From: Candidatus Magasanikbacteria bacterium RIFOXYC2_FULL_42_28
GTDB lineage: Bacteria; Patescibacteriota; Patescibacteriia; Magasanikbacterales; GWA2-37-8
Direction of reading: 5' to 3'
Length of the DNA stretch: 64,000 nucleotides
Assembly (NCBI GenBank): GCA_001784435.1
Contig: MFQZ01000001.1
Coordinates: 220,742-284,741, forward strand
Shown one piece after another: positions 28,701 to 38,746 of this stretch. Position 1 is the first letter of the stretch, and each line of letters starts with the position of its first letter. The notes under the pieces were generated by a model. The model was not told the DNA's origin. It did not search any database and worked only from the letters and a program-made list of their open reading frames with translations. Both the position numbers and the translations under genes were made by a program.

Positions 28701-31700
28701 CTAAAACCTTACCGGAAATAGTGTAATCGGCTTTTTTCATTGTCAAAACAAAATTGCTGGTTTTATCCTGACCGTCAACATAAATTTTATTCAATTCTCC
28801 CACCGCTCGTAATTCTATATTTTTCATAACTTCCGGCATACCATCTTTATGCGCCCCAATTTCATAACTGCCATAATCAGTAACATTCAAACTAAATGTA
28901 CCAGAAGCGTTGGTTTGAGTAAATACCGGCTGGCTAAAACCTTGGCGATGTAAAAACACTTCCACATTCGCCAAACCATTACCGGCGACATCTTTTACCG
29001 TGCCGGATATGGTTTTGTTAGCCGCAGCAAAAGTAAATGTTACCGTGCCATTGGAATAAGATACTCCGGGTGGCGCGAATTGATTGCCCAGTGCTATTAC
29101 CGGCGTAGTCGCAATATTACTGACACTCAAATTAACCGATGGTGGTGGCATTACTCCCAAACTGGCCGGCTTACCGCCGGACGCGCTTTTAGACATCCCC
29201 GGACCCATCCCAACAAACCAGTATCCATCAGAATTTAATTTTACTTGATAACCGGCCGACAGCGAAGTAGTAACATTGGTTAAATTTTTCACCACAAATT
29301 TACCAGGGCCACCGGCAAAAATATCAATATCCTTGCCACCAAAATTATATGGGTCGCCGCTACTGTTTACAAATTTAACAGTCAAAGTGGCGGTAGAACC
29401 ACCGCTGGCCGAAGTTAAATTGATTGTTTTGCTACTTGATTGGCCACCGCTTAAACAAGCCGGCTCGGGCGACATTTGGCCATAATAATCAGTGCTACCC
29501 AAAGTAACATACGGATCAGTGCCTAAGAAATAACAACCATCCGGCAAGCTGGCATAAATAACCGAAGTCGCGCTGGTGCCATCAACTTTGTCAATAATAC
29601 CATCAGCCAAAGTAAGCAATTTATCCATCGGCCCACCCGGACCACCGCCGTGTAAATACACGGTGCCATTGGCGCCGGCCGCTCCACCACCGGCAGTAAC
29701 ATTAACCGTCAAAGTATTGCTACCACCGGCCATAATAAAGTACGGCATTGATGTTTTGGTGGTAACCGCGGCGCCACCGCGCAACACTTTAATACCAACC
29801 GTATAACCACCGGAGGATGGATCTTTTGGAATAGACGGGTTGAGAATTTTTTTCAAATCAACGGAAATCGGATCAGAAGCATTAGGCGAACCGGAAACAG
29901 CCAAAGTGATAGTAACTTTGTTATTAGCGCTATCCACCGCCACACCGGAACCGGTAATTGTGCCGGCCATAAACTGATTAAAATCAGTATAAAATGGCGA
30001 CTGTGTATCTAAGGTCGCATTGGTAATCGTCGTGCCATTGGGGAATGTTAAAACCACCTGATCACCCTCTATCAAAACAACATTTGGCACAAATTTAATT
30101 TGAAACACATTGGAATCGGCGCTGGCTGTCGGATTAAACGGAAACGCCATATCGGCCTGCCCAAACGAAAATTGATCAGCCGTGAAACTACCAAAACCCA
30201 TTGGTTTAAATTCACCACTGCCAATATTACCCTCACCCATAAAACTTTCCGTTGGTGGCCCAAACATCCCCATATCGCCAAATGAGCCAAAAGTGATTTT
30301 ACTGTCTTCTACTTTACCAACAACTGTACGGACGGTCGTAGAAACCGCGTTATCTGATAAATCAGTGGTGGAAGTGGCAATGGTAGTGGTAACGGTTACG
30401 CCCACCGTTAACCCCAAACCGGTAATACTCACCGCATGGCGCATTGGATCATAACTTAACGGCTTATCGGACAAACTAACCGTACTGCCACCGCTCGTAA
30501 TTGTAAAATTATCAGAGTTTAAAACACTGGCCAACCAACGACTATCGGATTGCGAATCCGCCACCATCGGCTCGTTAAACACCAATTCGCAACGGTAATC
30601 ATCACAACGCGCTTCGCGCAATTGCGGAGCGGTGGAATCAGTGCCGCCGGTAGTATATGCATAGGTGGTGGTGGCGAGAGTGTTTCCGGCCAAGTCAGTT
30701 ACACTGGGGCTAAAAGTAATCGTGTAAGCGGTATTAGGCGCCAAGACATTGCTCGGAACCACAGAAATACTATTTTTACCTGGGTCATAAGCAATGCTAA
30801 CACTTACAGCCGTAGAACCGCGCGTCATAGTAACGTTGGAATTGCTCACAGTGCTAAACGCCAACTGTTCGTTAAAACCAAATTCAAAAATTTTATTAGT
30901 CGGCACACCGGTAGAATTATTAGTAAGAGCGGGGTAAATTGTCGGAGCGGTGGAATCGTTGGAACCGGAAACAGTAAATCTGGAACTAAACGCTGTTTGC
31001 GCCGCCTGTTCCCCGGTGCGCATCGGCACATTACTAATGTTGCTAGCCGCGCCTAAAACACGCACTTCATATTCACCGGCTGATAAAGCGCTATGACTCA
31101 CAGTAACAAAACGTTTTTCGTTGGAATCCAGTGACGCGGTCGTGCCGGCCACAAGCGAACCGCCGACCGTATATAATTTTACCGAACTGGTTACGCTCGC
31201 ACTCATCGCGTCGTTAAACTCCACTAAAACCGGAATATTGGGAGCGGCAGTTATCCCGGGAGACGGAGCAACCGAACGAACATACGGAGGCATATATTGG
31301 CCACCGGTGCCGAACTGTCCGGATATTTGGCTAAAATCAACAAACTGGTCGCCAATAGTGGTAAAAGTTATTTTGTGCCCGCCACCGGAACGATTACCTT
31401 CTACCGCTTGTCCGCCTTGGCTTTTTACTTTTTCGGTAATTACGAGAGTATATTGAGTGCTGGTTGATAAATCAGCGGTTGGGTTAAACAGAATCACGTT
31501 GGTGTCCATACTAAACAACAGCTCACACCCCGCGGCCTGATTATTAGAACAATAAGTTACCGAACCGGCCACATTTTCACCGGTGGCGGTTTTTACTAAA
31601 TAAACATTACTGCTGGTAGCCGAGCTTACTGTTGTAATTGAAGTGGCATCCATTGGCTGATTAAAACCGGCCCGCAACGATTCGGAAATATTAAATCCTT

Positions 31701-33948
31701 GCATGCCATCCGGCGGACCGGAAAATACCACGCGTGGCGCGCCACCCCCATCCATACCGCCACCATCAAAAAAACCAAAGGATCCAAAATTCAAATACAT
31801 GTTAACCCCGGTTTTGTTGCTGGTGCCGATAGTTTCCAATTTACTTGCTTTACCATAACCAACTTTGGTGGCGGAAAAATCAAAACCACTATTGTTCGGC
31901 AAACTGCCAATACTGTAATCGCCACTACCATCGGTAGTTACACCCGCTCCACCAAAACCGGCGGCAAATACAAACGCGTCCGATAAATTGCCCTCTTGAT
32001 TGGTAATTTTCCCGGAAACAGTTCTGCCCCCGGCCGTAACGGTATTAATCACAAACGGACTGGCTTTACAAGTGGAAGTGACGGAAGCAGTGCCATCGGC
32101 GCAAATAAATCTTTTATTGCCACCGGCATCTTGAGCGATTAAATAATATTCCAAAGTATTACCGGCCGCTGGTACTGAACCCACCGAAATGGTAAAAGAA
32201 TATAATTCACCGGCATCGGCAACGGCAACAGCATCTACACTGGCCTCGCTCGCGGAAACATCAGTGCCGTAAAACGCTTTAAAAAATTCCGCTCCGCCAT
32301 CCCCGGTATTGCCAAAGGCAACGGAATTAGTCTGGTCGTCAAAAACAAAAGCATACAGAGTGGCGGTTGCCGCTTCGGTAGCCGTATGAACCGAAATATG
32401 ATCAACTTGCGGGGCGTTAATATCCGGAACAACATCAAAAGATTCGGCATAAGACACCGCGCTGGAAGATGCGATTGATGAGGCAGTGGCGGAAGTAAAC
32501 ACCCAAGCCACATAACTAGAACTGGTGGCATAATTTTGTCGACAACTATCAACATTAGGAAAATTCGGCAAAGTAAAGGTGGCCATGCCTAAAAATTGAT
32601 TAAAAAAACCACGGGGCTCGGGGGCAATATCACCACATCCATTGGTGGTAACATTGCTGGCGGTTAATTGCACACCGCTCGTGGTAATATATATATGAGT
32701 AGATTGATAACCGGCCGGCGCGCTGGAAGTCGGTGTCCAAGTTACTGTAAAATCCCGGCCATCCAAACCATAACCGGCGGCATTGCCCAAAGTGCTGGTA
32801 GAATCGTTATCAGCCAAAACTACATTGGAAACAGCAGCCGGGGTATCACCAACATCCTCTTCAACTGTAGAAGTGGTTAAAGACAGTGTCGTAGTGGCAG
32901 AAAATTTCTCCACGACATAGCTGCTAATTGGCGCGTTTAAAGTATCTAAAGTGCCGGCGCTAACTTCAAACAATAAATCCGCGACTTGACTTTGAATGCC
33001 GGAGGCATTAGTAATACCGGTAAAAGTAAAAGTTAAAGGCGTGCCAGTGGCGATGGTGGAAGTGATATAACCGTAAATTGTTAGGTTTGAACCCAAAATA
33101 TCACCGGCGAAACCGTTATTATTTGCTTTTTTAATATTCAAATTATCAATAATTATCGATTTGGAAGCATCGCCAACAATACCCCAGTTAGGAGTAATCT
33201 CGCCCCCAATAGTGCTGGTAACTGATACCAAAAATGTTTCCCAAGCGGTGGTGGACACGTTGGCAAACTGATAAAAATTGGCCAAACCGGGCATACCACC
33301 GGTATCCTCGAATGTGCTACTGACAAAATTCCACCAAACGTTCGTGCCAACGATCGAAAAACCAAAATATAAATTGGAACTATCCGTGAGAGCGCGAGCT
33401 GTAGCTGAATAGCTATAAACTGAACTGGTAACAACCGTTATGGCTTGAGACATAAAAACCAAATTACCATCACCATCACTCGTAACAACACTGGCCAAAT
33501 TACCATCATAGGACGTGGTGGTGGGCGTAGTAGTGGACAGTCCTACATAGGCCGACTCCCATTGATCTGGTAATTCTCCGGACCATTCTTCCAAACTTGA
33601 ATTTAAAAGTAAATCAAACGGCGAACGATAAAATGTTGAGACGCTTGACGGTATAGCCGGCAAAACAAACGGGGAAGACGTCCCGACCGCGGCCGGAAAT
33701 TTAAATTTAATTATGTCGTTTTCAACAAGAGCTTCCGTTGTGGTTACGTTAAATATCCAACTGGCGTTAGTTGCTCCGCTTTCCATATTAGACGGAGTTA
33801 AACGGATATTCATATTACCATCCGAACTAACGGCCACTATCGGCGGTAAAATTGCGCTGGCTTTGTTAAAAGAAAAAAACACGCCCATGATTATACCGAC
33901 AACAGCAATCGGCATAAATATTGGCGCGAAGCGACGAAAATTTCCCAT
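25750..33948 (-). CDS. Giant secreted cell-surface protein (2732 aa) with two C-terminal peptidoglycan-binding (PGBD-like) domains.
   Basis: Signal peptide MGNFRRFAPIFMPIAVVGIIMGVFFSFNKASA. A very S/T/G/N-rich, repetitive beta-type sequence. A GGGGG linker. Two C-terminal repeats of ...VKDLQAHLKELGYFTYP..GYYGAVT.KAV..YQKAKGL... typical of PG_binding_1. Confidence 0.85.
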   Translation of the reverse strand: MGNFRRFAPIFMPIAVVGIIMGVFFSFNKASAILPPIVAVSSDGNMNIRLTPSNMESGATNASWIFNVTTTEALVENDIIKFKFPAAVGTSSPFVLPAIPSSVSTFYRSPFDLLLNSSLEEWSGELPDQWESAYVGLSTTTPTTTSYDGNLASVVTSDGDGNLVFMSQAITVVTSSVYSYSATARALTDSSNLYFGFSIVGTNVWWNFVSSTFEDTGGMPGLANFYQFANVSTTAWETFLVSVTSTIGGEITPNWGIVGDASKSIIIDNLNIKKANNNGFAGDILGSNLTIYGYITSTIATGTPLTFTFTGITNASGIQSQVADLLFEVSAGTLDTLNAPISSYVVEKFSATTTLSLTTSTVEEDVGDTPAAVSNVVLADNDSTSTLGNAAGYGLDGRDFTVTWTPTSSAPAGYQSTHIYITTSGVQLTASNVTTNGCGDIAPEPRGFFNQFLGMATFTLPNFPNVDSCRQNYATSSSYVAWVFTSATASSIASSSAVSYAESFDVVPDINAPQVDHISVHTATEAATATLYAFVFDDQTNSVAFGNTGDGGAEFFKAFYGTDVSASEASVDAVAVADAGELYSFTISVGSVPAAGNTLEYYLIAQDAGGNKRFICADGTASVTSTCKASPFVINTVTAGGRTVSGKITNQEGNLSDAFVFAAGFGGAGVTTDGSGDYSIGSLPNNSGFDFSATKVGYGKASKLETIGTSNKTGVNMYLNFGSFGFFDGGGMDGGGAPRVVFSGPPDGMQGFNISESLRAGFNQPMDATSITTVSSATSSNVYLVKTATGENVAGSVTYCSNNQAAGCELLFSMDTNVILFNPTADLSTSTQYTLVITEKVKSQGGQAVEGNRSGGGHKITFTTIGDQFVDFSQISGQFGTGGQYMPPYVRSVAPSPGITAAPNIPVLVEFNDAMSASVTSSVKLYTVGGSLVAGTTASLDSNEKRFVTVSHSALSAGEYEVRVLGAASNISNVPMRTGEQAAQTAFSSRFTVSGSNDSTAPTIYPALTNNSTGVPTNKIFEFGFNEQLAFSTVSNSNVTMTRGSTAVSVSIAYDPGKNSISVVPSNVLAPNTAYTITFSPSVTDLAGNTLATTTYAYTTGGTDSTAPQLREARCDDYRCELVFNEPMVADSQSDSRWLASVLNSDNFTITSGGSTVSLSDKPLSYDPMRHAVSITGLGLTVGVTVTTTIATSTTDLSDNAVSTTVRTVVGKVEDSKITFGSFGDMGMFGPPTESFMGEGNIGSGEFKPMGFGSFTADQFSFGQADMAFPFNPTASADSNVFQIKFVPNVVLIEGDQVVLTFPNGTTITNATLDTQSPFYTDFNQFMAGTITGSGVAVDSANNKVTITLAVSGSPNASDPISVDLKKILNPSIPKDPSSGGYTVGIKVLRGGAAVTTKTSMPYFIMAGGSNTLTVNVTAGGGAAGANGTVYLHGGGPGGPMDKLLTLADGIIDKVDGTSATSVIYASLPDGCYFLGTDPYVTLGSTDYYGQMSPEPACLSGGQSSSKTINLTSASGGSTATLTVKFVNSSGDPYNFGGKDIDIFAGGPGKFVVKNLTNVTTSLSAGYQVKLNSDGYWFVGMGPGMSKSASGGKPASLGVMPPPSVNLSVSNIATTPVIALGNQFAPPGVSYSNGTVTFTFAAANKTISGTVKDVAGNGLANVEVFLHRQGFSQPVFTQTNASGTFSLNVTDYGSYEIGAHKDGMPEVMKNIELRAVGELNKIYVDGQDKTSNFVLTMKKADYTISGKVLDGNNSAIGYAPISAVSASGTSVFGMTSSDGSYTLFVDNGTWTVRAQLPPSKSDTCGSFSKSVTVSGANQSSQNITPSVSTCYTLSGNVADIANAPIFIEEWDADNNRPAPAGIRVGGSTDSAGDYSVKVGAGTYRVGSWSSTYGELSDTVTVAANTTKNLTVSNGSVIFTFTGGAADMDAFIELKNNADKNKKIAKQINGLDSATTISVPNDSATYTYFADVFGIGKFTGTILNFLEGEAEVAINLSGATLLTVTGTVYDDSGNAKSGALITFTNASSTITATTDSNGQYSAQLKAGDYSVSDSLAGYLPTKDTSVEFATSTAGYDFGTSEGGTDNDGQAALTSAPYTISGTVSSSAGVAMDEGYVWATNASGTVVTAPVNADGSYSLAVATGTWTLKGVGESHTETTNSGGAVIVSGGDEIASFVLTADASNVATSTSGILTASAGGSVNDSSGTGLKLTAGAGVLETGSGDVTLNFEKSYNAPDTANYQALGNANFSINATGDSSIKTLSGNAEIQIDYASLLADLPEGVSESDLKLAYYSPEKGDYVPVEGGFTIDTANNTITGLTSHFTDFVITYTQGSAGITVTQSDEVTAVTEGGTTDTVSYVLTSEPTANVVITPSIASQATRSPSSLTFTSGNYATPQSIIVTATDDSTVEGSHSTTITHAVTSDDSDYNGLVINDITVAITDNDSASSGGGGGSSDTTPPTNTSVVIADGATSIATTSVNLALAATGASHMMVANDSAFAGGVWTTYSTTKAWVLAVGDGVKTVYAKFRDDSGNVSNAVSDTITLISPVTTTPPPVVVSTTTQPVAVVVTPAVTIIRCKGNLNPGARGNAVKDLQAHLKELGYFTYPSNTGYYGAVTAKAVSAYQKAKGLPINGKLNTATCEKLNGSAPIVTTPAPVVSSGYKFTKYLGMGATGEEVKQLQQVLKDLGYFTYPTITGYYGAVTKAAVVKFQKAKDLKPYPGHLGPATRAALNAR

Positions 33949-34067
33949 ATGTTTATAGGTTAATAAATTTTAATAAAAATTTTTGATGAATGATTTTTCA
34001 TCTTATTTATATTATACCACATTTTTTATTGTCAAGCGAGGGGGATGTGGATAATTGCAAATAACCG

Positions 34068-34145
34068 AAGACTAAAGAATGAAGATTAAAAAAGCCACCC
34101 AATTACGGATGGCTTCAATCGCTAATCTTTAGTCTTCGATCTTTA
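34068..34145. repeat. Nested inverted repeat (GAAGACTAAAGAATGAAGATT ... AATCTTTAGTCTTCGATCTT) downstream of tsf. Probable terminator. Related to the AATCTTC heptamer repeats in prmC.
   Basis: The inverted repeat encloses an inner hairpin GCCACCC-AATTAC-GGATGGC. Confidence 0.5.
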
Positions 34146-34158
34146 TTCTTTCACCAAT

Positions 34159-35022
34159 TTAAGCCATCTGCTCTGCCACCTCGGCCGCAAAGTCCTTCAC
34201 CACCTTTTCAATCCCCTCACCCAATTCAAATCGATAAAAAGTTTTTACCGTTATGCCTGGGCCCTTGGAATCTAAGAATTTCTGGACGGATTTTTCTTCG
34301 TCTTTGATAAATGGTTGTTCCAACAAACACGCCTCGCTGTAAAATTTTTCCATTTTACCTTTCACAATATTTTCAATAATATTTTCCGGTTTGTTTTGGG
34401 CTTTTAATTGCACAACGTAAACTTCTTTTTCTTTTTCTAGAATACTCGCGTCAACTTCATCGCGACGAGTAGCGCGCGGATTACTGGCGGCAACTTGCAT
34501 GCCGATTTCACGAGCTAACGCACTGTCGGTAGTGCCAGTCAAAATTGTCAACACGGAAATTTTTCCACCCATGTGGACGTAATCACCAAACGCTTCGCCA
34601 TCAGATTTTTCAACAACTTGAAAACGGCGTAAAGCAATTTTTTCGCCGATTTTACCGGTCAAAGCGGTTAATTTGTCGTTAATTCCAGAAGCGAGTGCCA
34701 CGTCTAAATTTGCTGGATTTTTTGCGAGCAAATCAGTCGCTACTTCGTCAGCCAATTTAACAAAATCATCACCTTGAGCAACGAAATCAGTTTCAGAATT
34801 TAATTCCAGAATAACCGCGCGATTGCCGGCAATTTTAATTTTGGTCGCGCCTTCGGCGGCAATTTTATCTGCGCGTTTGGCGGCCTTAAGAACTCCTTTT
34901 TTACGCAAGATGTCTATGGCTTTTTCAGAATCGCCACCCGCTTCTTCTAAAGCGGCCTTACAATCCATCATACCGGCACCGGTGGAAGTGCGCAAAGCGG
35001 AGATTTGTGATGCTGTGATCAT
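34159..35022 (-). CDS. tsf: Elongation factor Ts.
   Basis: MITASQISALRTSTGAGMMDCKAALEEAGGD UBA-like N-terminus. Confidence 0.92.
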   Translation of the reverse strand: MITASQISALRTSTGAGMMDCKAALEEAGGDSEKAIDILRKKGVLKAAKRADKIAAEGATKIKIAGNRAVILELNSETDFVAQGDDFVKLADEVATDLLAKNPANLDVALASGINDKLTALTGKIGEKIALRRFQVVEKSDGEAFGDYVHMGGKISVLTILTGTTDSALAREIGMQVAASNPRATRRDEVDASILEKEKEVYVVQLKAQNKPENIIENIVKGKMEKFYSEACLLEQPFIKDEEKSVQKFLDSKGPGITVKTFYRFELGEGIEKVVKDFAAEVAEQMA

Positions 35023-35033
35023 ATGTTTAAATT

Positions 35034-35144
35034 TGTCATCCCGATGCGCCCGAGTGTAGCGACAAGTGCCCTTGGGGTGAAAATCGGGATCTCTGTCAGT
35101 TATCCCATTGGATAGGGATCCCGAATCAGGTTCGGGATGACAGT
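35034..35144. repeat. Long form of the family A element (two linked hairpins) between tsf and rpsB.
   Basis: TGTCATCCCGATGCGCCCGAGTGTAGCGACAAGTGCCCTTGGGGTGAAAATCGGGATCTCTGTCAG...GGATAGGGATCCCGAATCAGGTTCGGGATGACAG. Confidence 0.8.
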
Positions 35145-35168
35145 GAAGTAATTATAAAATTTATTTTT

Positions 35169-36008
35169 TTATACGCTTTCCGCTACCACCACTTTACGTT
35201 CTTTACTTTCATCCTTGGCTACGGGCTTTGTTTTTGACGCCACCGGTTTGCTAACTGGTTTACCGGCAACAGCCACCTTAATCTCCGGTTTAACGGCAGC
35301 CATGACCAACTTATTTTTCTCCCATTCCGCTTTTCCTTCTTTCACCGCTTCGGCCATTAAATTAACGATCAACCTAATACTGTTAACCGCGTCATCATTA
35401 GCCGGAATCGGATAAGCCGCTTTTTCTGGATTAACATTGGTATCACAAATACCGATAATCGGCACATTGGTTTTGGTAGCTTCAACTACCGCGGTTTTAC
35501 CAGCGCGCATGTCGGTGATAAAAATCGCGTCCGGTAATTTGTCCAAATTGGCCAAACCATTTAAGTATTTATCCATCTTGTCCAATTTCTTTTTAAATTC
35601 ACCCTGTTCTTTTTTGATATATTTTTCAATTTCGCCGGTCGCCACTTCTTCTTTCATTTTTAAATATTTTTTTAAACGAATTTTGGCTTCATCAAAATTA
35701 GTCAACAGTCCGCCAATCCAACGTTCGGTTAAAAAGGGCGCGCCACAATCGGTAGCGGCCGCCTTAACTATCGCCTGCGCTTGGCGTTTGGTACCGACAA
35801 ACAAAACTGTTTTACCGTTCGCCACCAAACTTCTAACAAAATCCAAGGCCTCTTGTAATTTAGCCTGGGTCTTTTCTAAATCGACGACGTGCACGCCACC
35901 GCGCGCGCCAAAAATATACTGCTCCATTTTCGGGTGCCAGCGAGATTTTTGATGACCGAAGTGTACCCCGGCTTTCAACATCTCTAAAAGAGAAGGCATT
36001 TTTGCCAT
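35169..36008 (-). CDS. rpsB: 30S ribosomal protein S2 with a roughly 45-aa K/P/V-rich C-terminal extension.
   Basis: MAKMPSLLEMLKAGVHFGHQKSRWHPKM canonical N-terminus. Confidence 0.93.
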   Translation of the reverse strand: MAKMPSLLEMLKAGVHFGHQKSRWHPKMEQYIFGARGGVHVVDLEKTQAKLQEALDFVRSLVANGKTVLFVGTKRQAQAIVKAAATDCGAPFLTERWIGGLLTNFDEAKIRLKKYLKMKEEVATGEIEKYIKKEQGEFKKKLDKMDKYLNGLANLDKLPDAIFITDMRAGKTAVVEATKTNVPIIGICDTNVNPEKAAYPIPANDDAVNSIRLIVNLMAEAVKEGKAEWEKNKLVMAAVKPEIKVAVAGKPVSKPVASKTKPVAKDESKERKVVVAESV

Positions 36009-36170
36009 ATTTGCATTTTCCTTAAATCCTCCCCGCTTGCGCTCGCGAGTGGTCGCGAGAGGAAAACATCTCCCGACTAAGTCGGGATCCCAAAATAAGG
36101 GAAAACGGGTGGGTGATTAAATATGCGGACAGTATATCTGAAAACGAAACAACTGTCAAGGGTGCGGGTA

Positions 36171-36199
36171 TTGACATTTTCCCGACTTTGTACTAATAT
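36171..36199 (+). promoter_or_regulatory. Sigma70-like promoter for rpmE.
   Basis: TTGACA (36171-36176), a 17-bp spacer, then TAATAT (36194-36199). Confidence 0.55.
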
Positions 36200-36234
36200 A
36201 TAGCAATTAACTTAATAAACCAATCTCTTCAACT

Positions 36235-36528
36235 ATGAAAAAGGAAATCCACCCAAAATATTACAACGATTGTAAGGTCACCTGCGCCTGTGGCAATGCT
36301 TTTGTTACTGGCTCAACCATGCCGGAAATTCGCACTGAATTATGCAACAAATGCCATCCTTTTTATACTGGCAAACAGAAGTTCGTTGACACCGCCCGTC
36401 GCGTGGAAAAATTCCAAGAAAAAGCAACCCGCGTGGCCAAAACTGCTGCTGTCCGCAAAGGCAAAAAAGTAAAGAAGGCGACTGCCGCCGCCAAAAAAGC
36501 CAAAAAGGTGGAGAAGGCCGAGGCCTAG
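36235..36528 (+). CDS. rpmE: 50S ribosomal protein L31 with a K/A-rich C-terminal tail.
   Basis: [10 protein letters not shown]...C..C...[11 protein letters not shown] zinc-ribbon L31 signature. Confidence 0.9.
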   Translation: MKKEIHPKYYNDCKVTCACGNAFVTGSTMPEIRTELCNKCHPFYTGKQKFVDTARRVEKFQEKATRVAKTAAVRKGKKVKKATAAAKKAKKVEKAEA

Positions 36529-36540
36529 ATATTAAATTAA

Positions 36541-36577
36541 AAACAGACCGAGAGTATCTTTTTGGTCTGTTTTTTTG
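36541..36577 (+). terminator. Rho-independent terminator after rpmE.
   Basis: AAACAGACC-GAGAGTATCTTTTT-GGTCTGTTT followed by TTTTTGT. Confidence 0.75.
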
Positions 36578-36589
36578 TATAATAGATGA

Positions 36590-36717
36590 AACCCTAAATT
36601 CTAAACTCTAAATCCTAAACAAACCCAAATATTAAAATTCAAAGTTTAAAACATTTATATTTTGAATTTCGAACTTGTTTAGAGCTTAGTGTTTAGAGTT
36701 TAGAATTTAATAATTGT
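36590..36717. repeat. AT-rich palindromic intergenic repeat (CCCTAAATTCTAAACTCTAAATCCTAAAC ... GTTTAGAGCTTAGTGTTTAGAGTTTAGAATTTAA).
   Basis: Same family as 13741-13860 and 58478-58527. Confidence 0.75.
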
Positions 36718-37770
36718 ATGTTACCAAAATTTGAAGAAATCAAAAATCGTTTTAGCCAGCTGGAATCTGATTTACAATCCCCGGCCGTTCTTAATGATCC
36801 AAAAAAATTAAAAGAGGTATCACAGGAATATTCCGATTTGAAAGAAACTGCGGATCATGTCAATGAACTGGCGAAGGTGGAAAAAAATCTTACCGATGCC
36901 GAACTCATGCTCACCACCGAAACCGACGAAGAAATGCTCACTATCGCCGCTTCCGAAATTTTGGAATTAAAAGAAAAACAATCCGCCTTGCAAAAAATCT
37001 TAAAAGAGTTGACACACCCACGCGACCCGATGGACAAAAAAAATATTATCGTGGAAATCCGGGCGGCCGCCGGTGGTGACGAGTCGGGATTATTCGCGGC
37101 TGAATTGTATCGCATGTATGCCAAATATGCCGAAAGCAAACATTGGAAAGTTAGCGTGTTGGATTCAAGCGAAAGTGGCATCGGCGGATTTAAAGAAATT
37201 ACTTTTGGGATCAAAGGCCAGAACGCTTACCGCGATTTAAAATATGAAATGGGCGTGCATCGTGTGCAACGAGTGCCAGACACGGAAAAAACCGGACGCA
37301 TCCACACCTCCACTGTCACCGTCGCGGTCTTGCCGGAAATTGAAGAAACCGAATTAAAAATTGAAGCCAAAGATTTGCGCATCGATACTTTTTGCGCCGG
37401 TGGCGCGGGCGGACAAAGTGTGAACACGACTTACTCGGCCGTGCGCATCGTGCACATTCCAACCGGCACAATGGTACAATGCCAAGACGAACGTTCCCAA
37501 ACTGCTAATCGCGAAAAAGCCATGGCAGTTTTGCGCTCCCGTTTATACGAATTAGAACGCGAGAAAAAAGCCAAAGAATACACCGACAAACGCCGTTCCC
37601 AAATTGGCTCGGGCGATCGCAGTGAAAAAATTCGTACTTACAATTTTCCTCAAGACCGAATTTCCGACCACCGCGTCCACCAAAATTGGAACAATATTAG
37701 TACCATTATGAACGGCGATTTAGATCCGATAATCAACGCGCTTCATACCGCTGATTATGCGCAAGAGTAA
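36718..37770 (+). CDS. prfA: Peptide chain release factor 1.
   Basis: GGQ motif ([11 protein letters not shown]) and a PxT-type tripeptide region ([17 protein letters not shown]). Confidence 0.9.
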   Translation: MLPKFEEIKNRFSQLESDLQSPAVLNDPKKLKEVSQEYSDLKETADHVNELAKVEKNLTDAELMLTTETDEEMLTIAASEILELKEKQSALQKILKELTHPRDPMDKKNIIVEIRAAAGGDESGLFAAELYRMYAKYAESKHWKVSVLDSSESGIGGFKEITFGIKGQNAYRDLKYEMGVHRVQRVPDTEKTGRIHTSTVTVAVLPEIEETELKIEAKDLRIDTFCAGGAGGQSVNTTYSAVRIVHIPTGTMVQCQDERSQTANREKAMAVLRSRLYELEREKKAKEYTDKRRSQIGSGDRSEKIRTYNFPQDRISDHRVHQNWNNISTIMNGDLDPIINALHTADYAQE

Positions 37771-38746
37771 ATTTTTTTTGAATTTAGGGCAAATAAAAAA
37801 TTCTTGGAGCGATAAAATTCCGGCTTTGGATTTGGATTTGATTTTGGCTGATGCGATAAACCAACCGAGAGAATTTATAATCACCCATCCGGAATTTCGC
37901 CCAAACCCGTGGCAACTTCTAAAAATTTATATTAATTTGTCACGCCGAAACAACGACGTGCCTATCGCCTACATAACAGGCCACAAAGAATTTTTTGGCC
38001 TTGATTTTTTTGTTAATAAAAATGTCTTAGTGCCACGACCAGATACGGAAATACTCGTCGAAACGGCAATATCGCTAATATCCAATATCTTTAAATCGCA
38101 AAACTTATCTGTCATTCCGACGGCGAAGGAGGAATCTCTATCCGGTTCGCCACATCCAATAACACTCATCGACGTCGGCACCGGCTCCGGCTGTATTCCA
38201 ATCGCGATAAATAAAACACTGCAACAATTAAACACTGCAACAAACAAACAGACCGGCATCACAACCCACGCGATTGATATCTCGCATCGCGCACTTAGAG
38301 TCGTCAAAAAAAATGCCAAAAAACATAACGTAAAAATAAATTTTCACCAAGGCAATTTGATTGAGCCAATCGCAAAATCTTCAATCTTCAGTCTTCAATC
38401 TTCGCTCATCATCACCGCCAATCTCCCCTACCTCACTCAATCGCAATTTGATAATGAACAGTCAATAAAAAAAGAGCCGAAACTGGCTCTAGTCGCGGAT
38501 AATCAAAACGGACTATCCCTCTACGAAAAATTACTCACACAGTTAAAATCTTCAATCTTCAATCTTCAATCTTCCATTACGCTACTCCTCGAAATCGACC
38601 CCAGCCAAACCACTGACATTCGTACACTCGTAAAAAACATCTTCCCATCTGCCCAAATAGAAATCAAAAAAGATTTGGCCGGACTTGATCGCGTGGTAAT
38701 AATTCAATTGATCACTTCAACCACCACCTCCCACGGCACAATTTGA
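37757..38746 (+). CDS. prmC: Release factor glutamine methyltransferase (PrmC/HemK) with three in-frame repeat insertions.
   Basis: [17 protein letters not shown] motif and the NLPY substrate motif ([10 protein letters not shown]). Inserts translate to [26 protein letters not shown] and [10 protein letters not shown]. Confidence 0.85.
   Translation: MRKSKFFLNLGQIKNSWSDKIPALDLDLILADAINQPREFIITHPEFRPNPWQLLKIYINLSRRNNDVPIAYITGHKEFFGLDFFVNKNVLVPRPDTEILVETAISLISNIFKSQNLSVIPTAKEESLSGSPHPITLIDVGTGSGCIPIAINKTLQQLNTATNKQTGITTHAIDISHRALRVVKKNAKKHNVKINFHQGNLIEPIAKSSIFSLQSSLIITANLPYLTQSQFDNEQSIKKEPKLALVADNQNGLSLYEKLLTQLKSSIFNLQSSITLLLEIDPSQTTDIRTLVKNIFPSAQIEIKKDLAGLDRVVIIQLITSTTTSHGTI
38109..38154. repeat. 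Short family B element in frame in prmC.
   Basis: CTGTCATTCCGACGGCGAAGGAGGAATCTCTATCC. Confidence 0.8.
38375..38404. repeat. Tandem heptamer repeat (AATCTTC, about 4 copies) in frame in prmC.
   Basis: AAAATCTTCAATCTTCAGTCTTCAATCTTC. A second block lies at 38546-38574. Confidence 0.8.
38546..38574. repeat. Second tandem AATCTTC heptamer block in frame in prmC.
   Basis: AAATCTTCAATCTTCAATCTTCAATCTTCC. Confidence 0.8.

Noticed and set aside
26273-31056. Multiple plus-strand ORFs (for example 26273..26674, 30550..31056, 31121..31456) inside the giant surface-protein gene.
   Set aside because: They are antisense to a continuous 8.2-kb minus-strand CDS, have low-complexity translations and no start context. 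Spurious.
36290-36472. Alternate-frame ORF inside rpmE.
   Set aside because: It overlaps the canonical L31 frame and is spurious.
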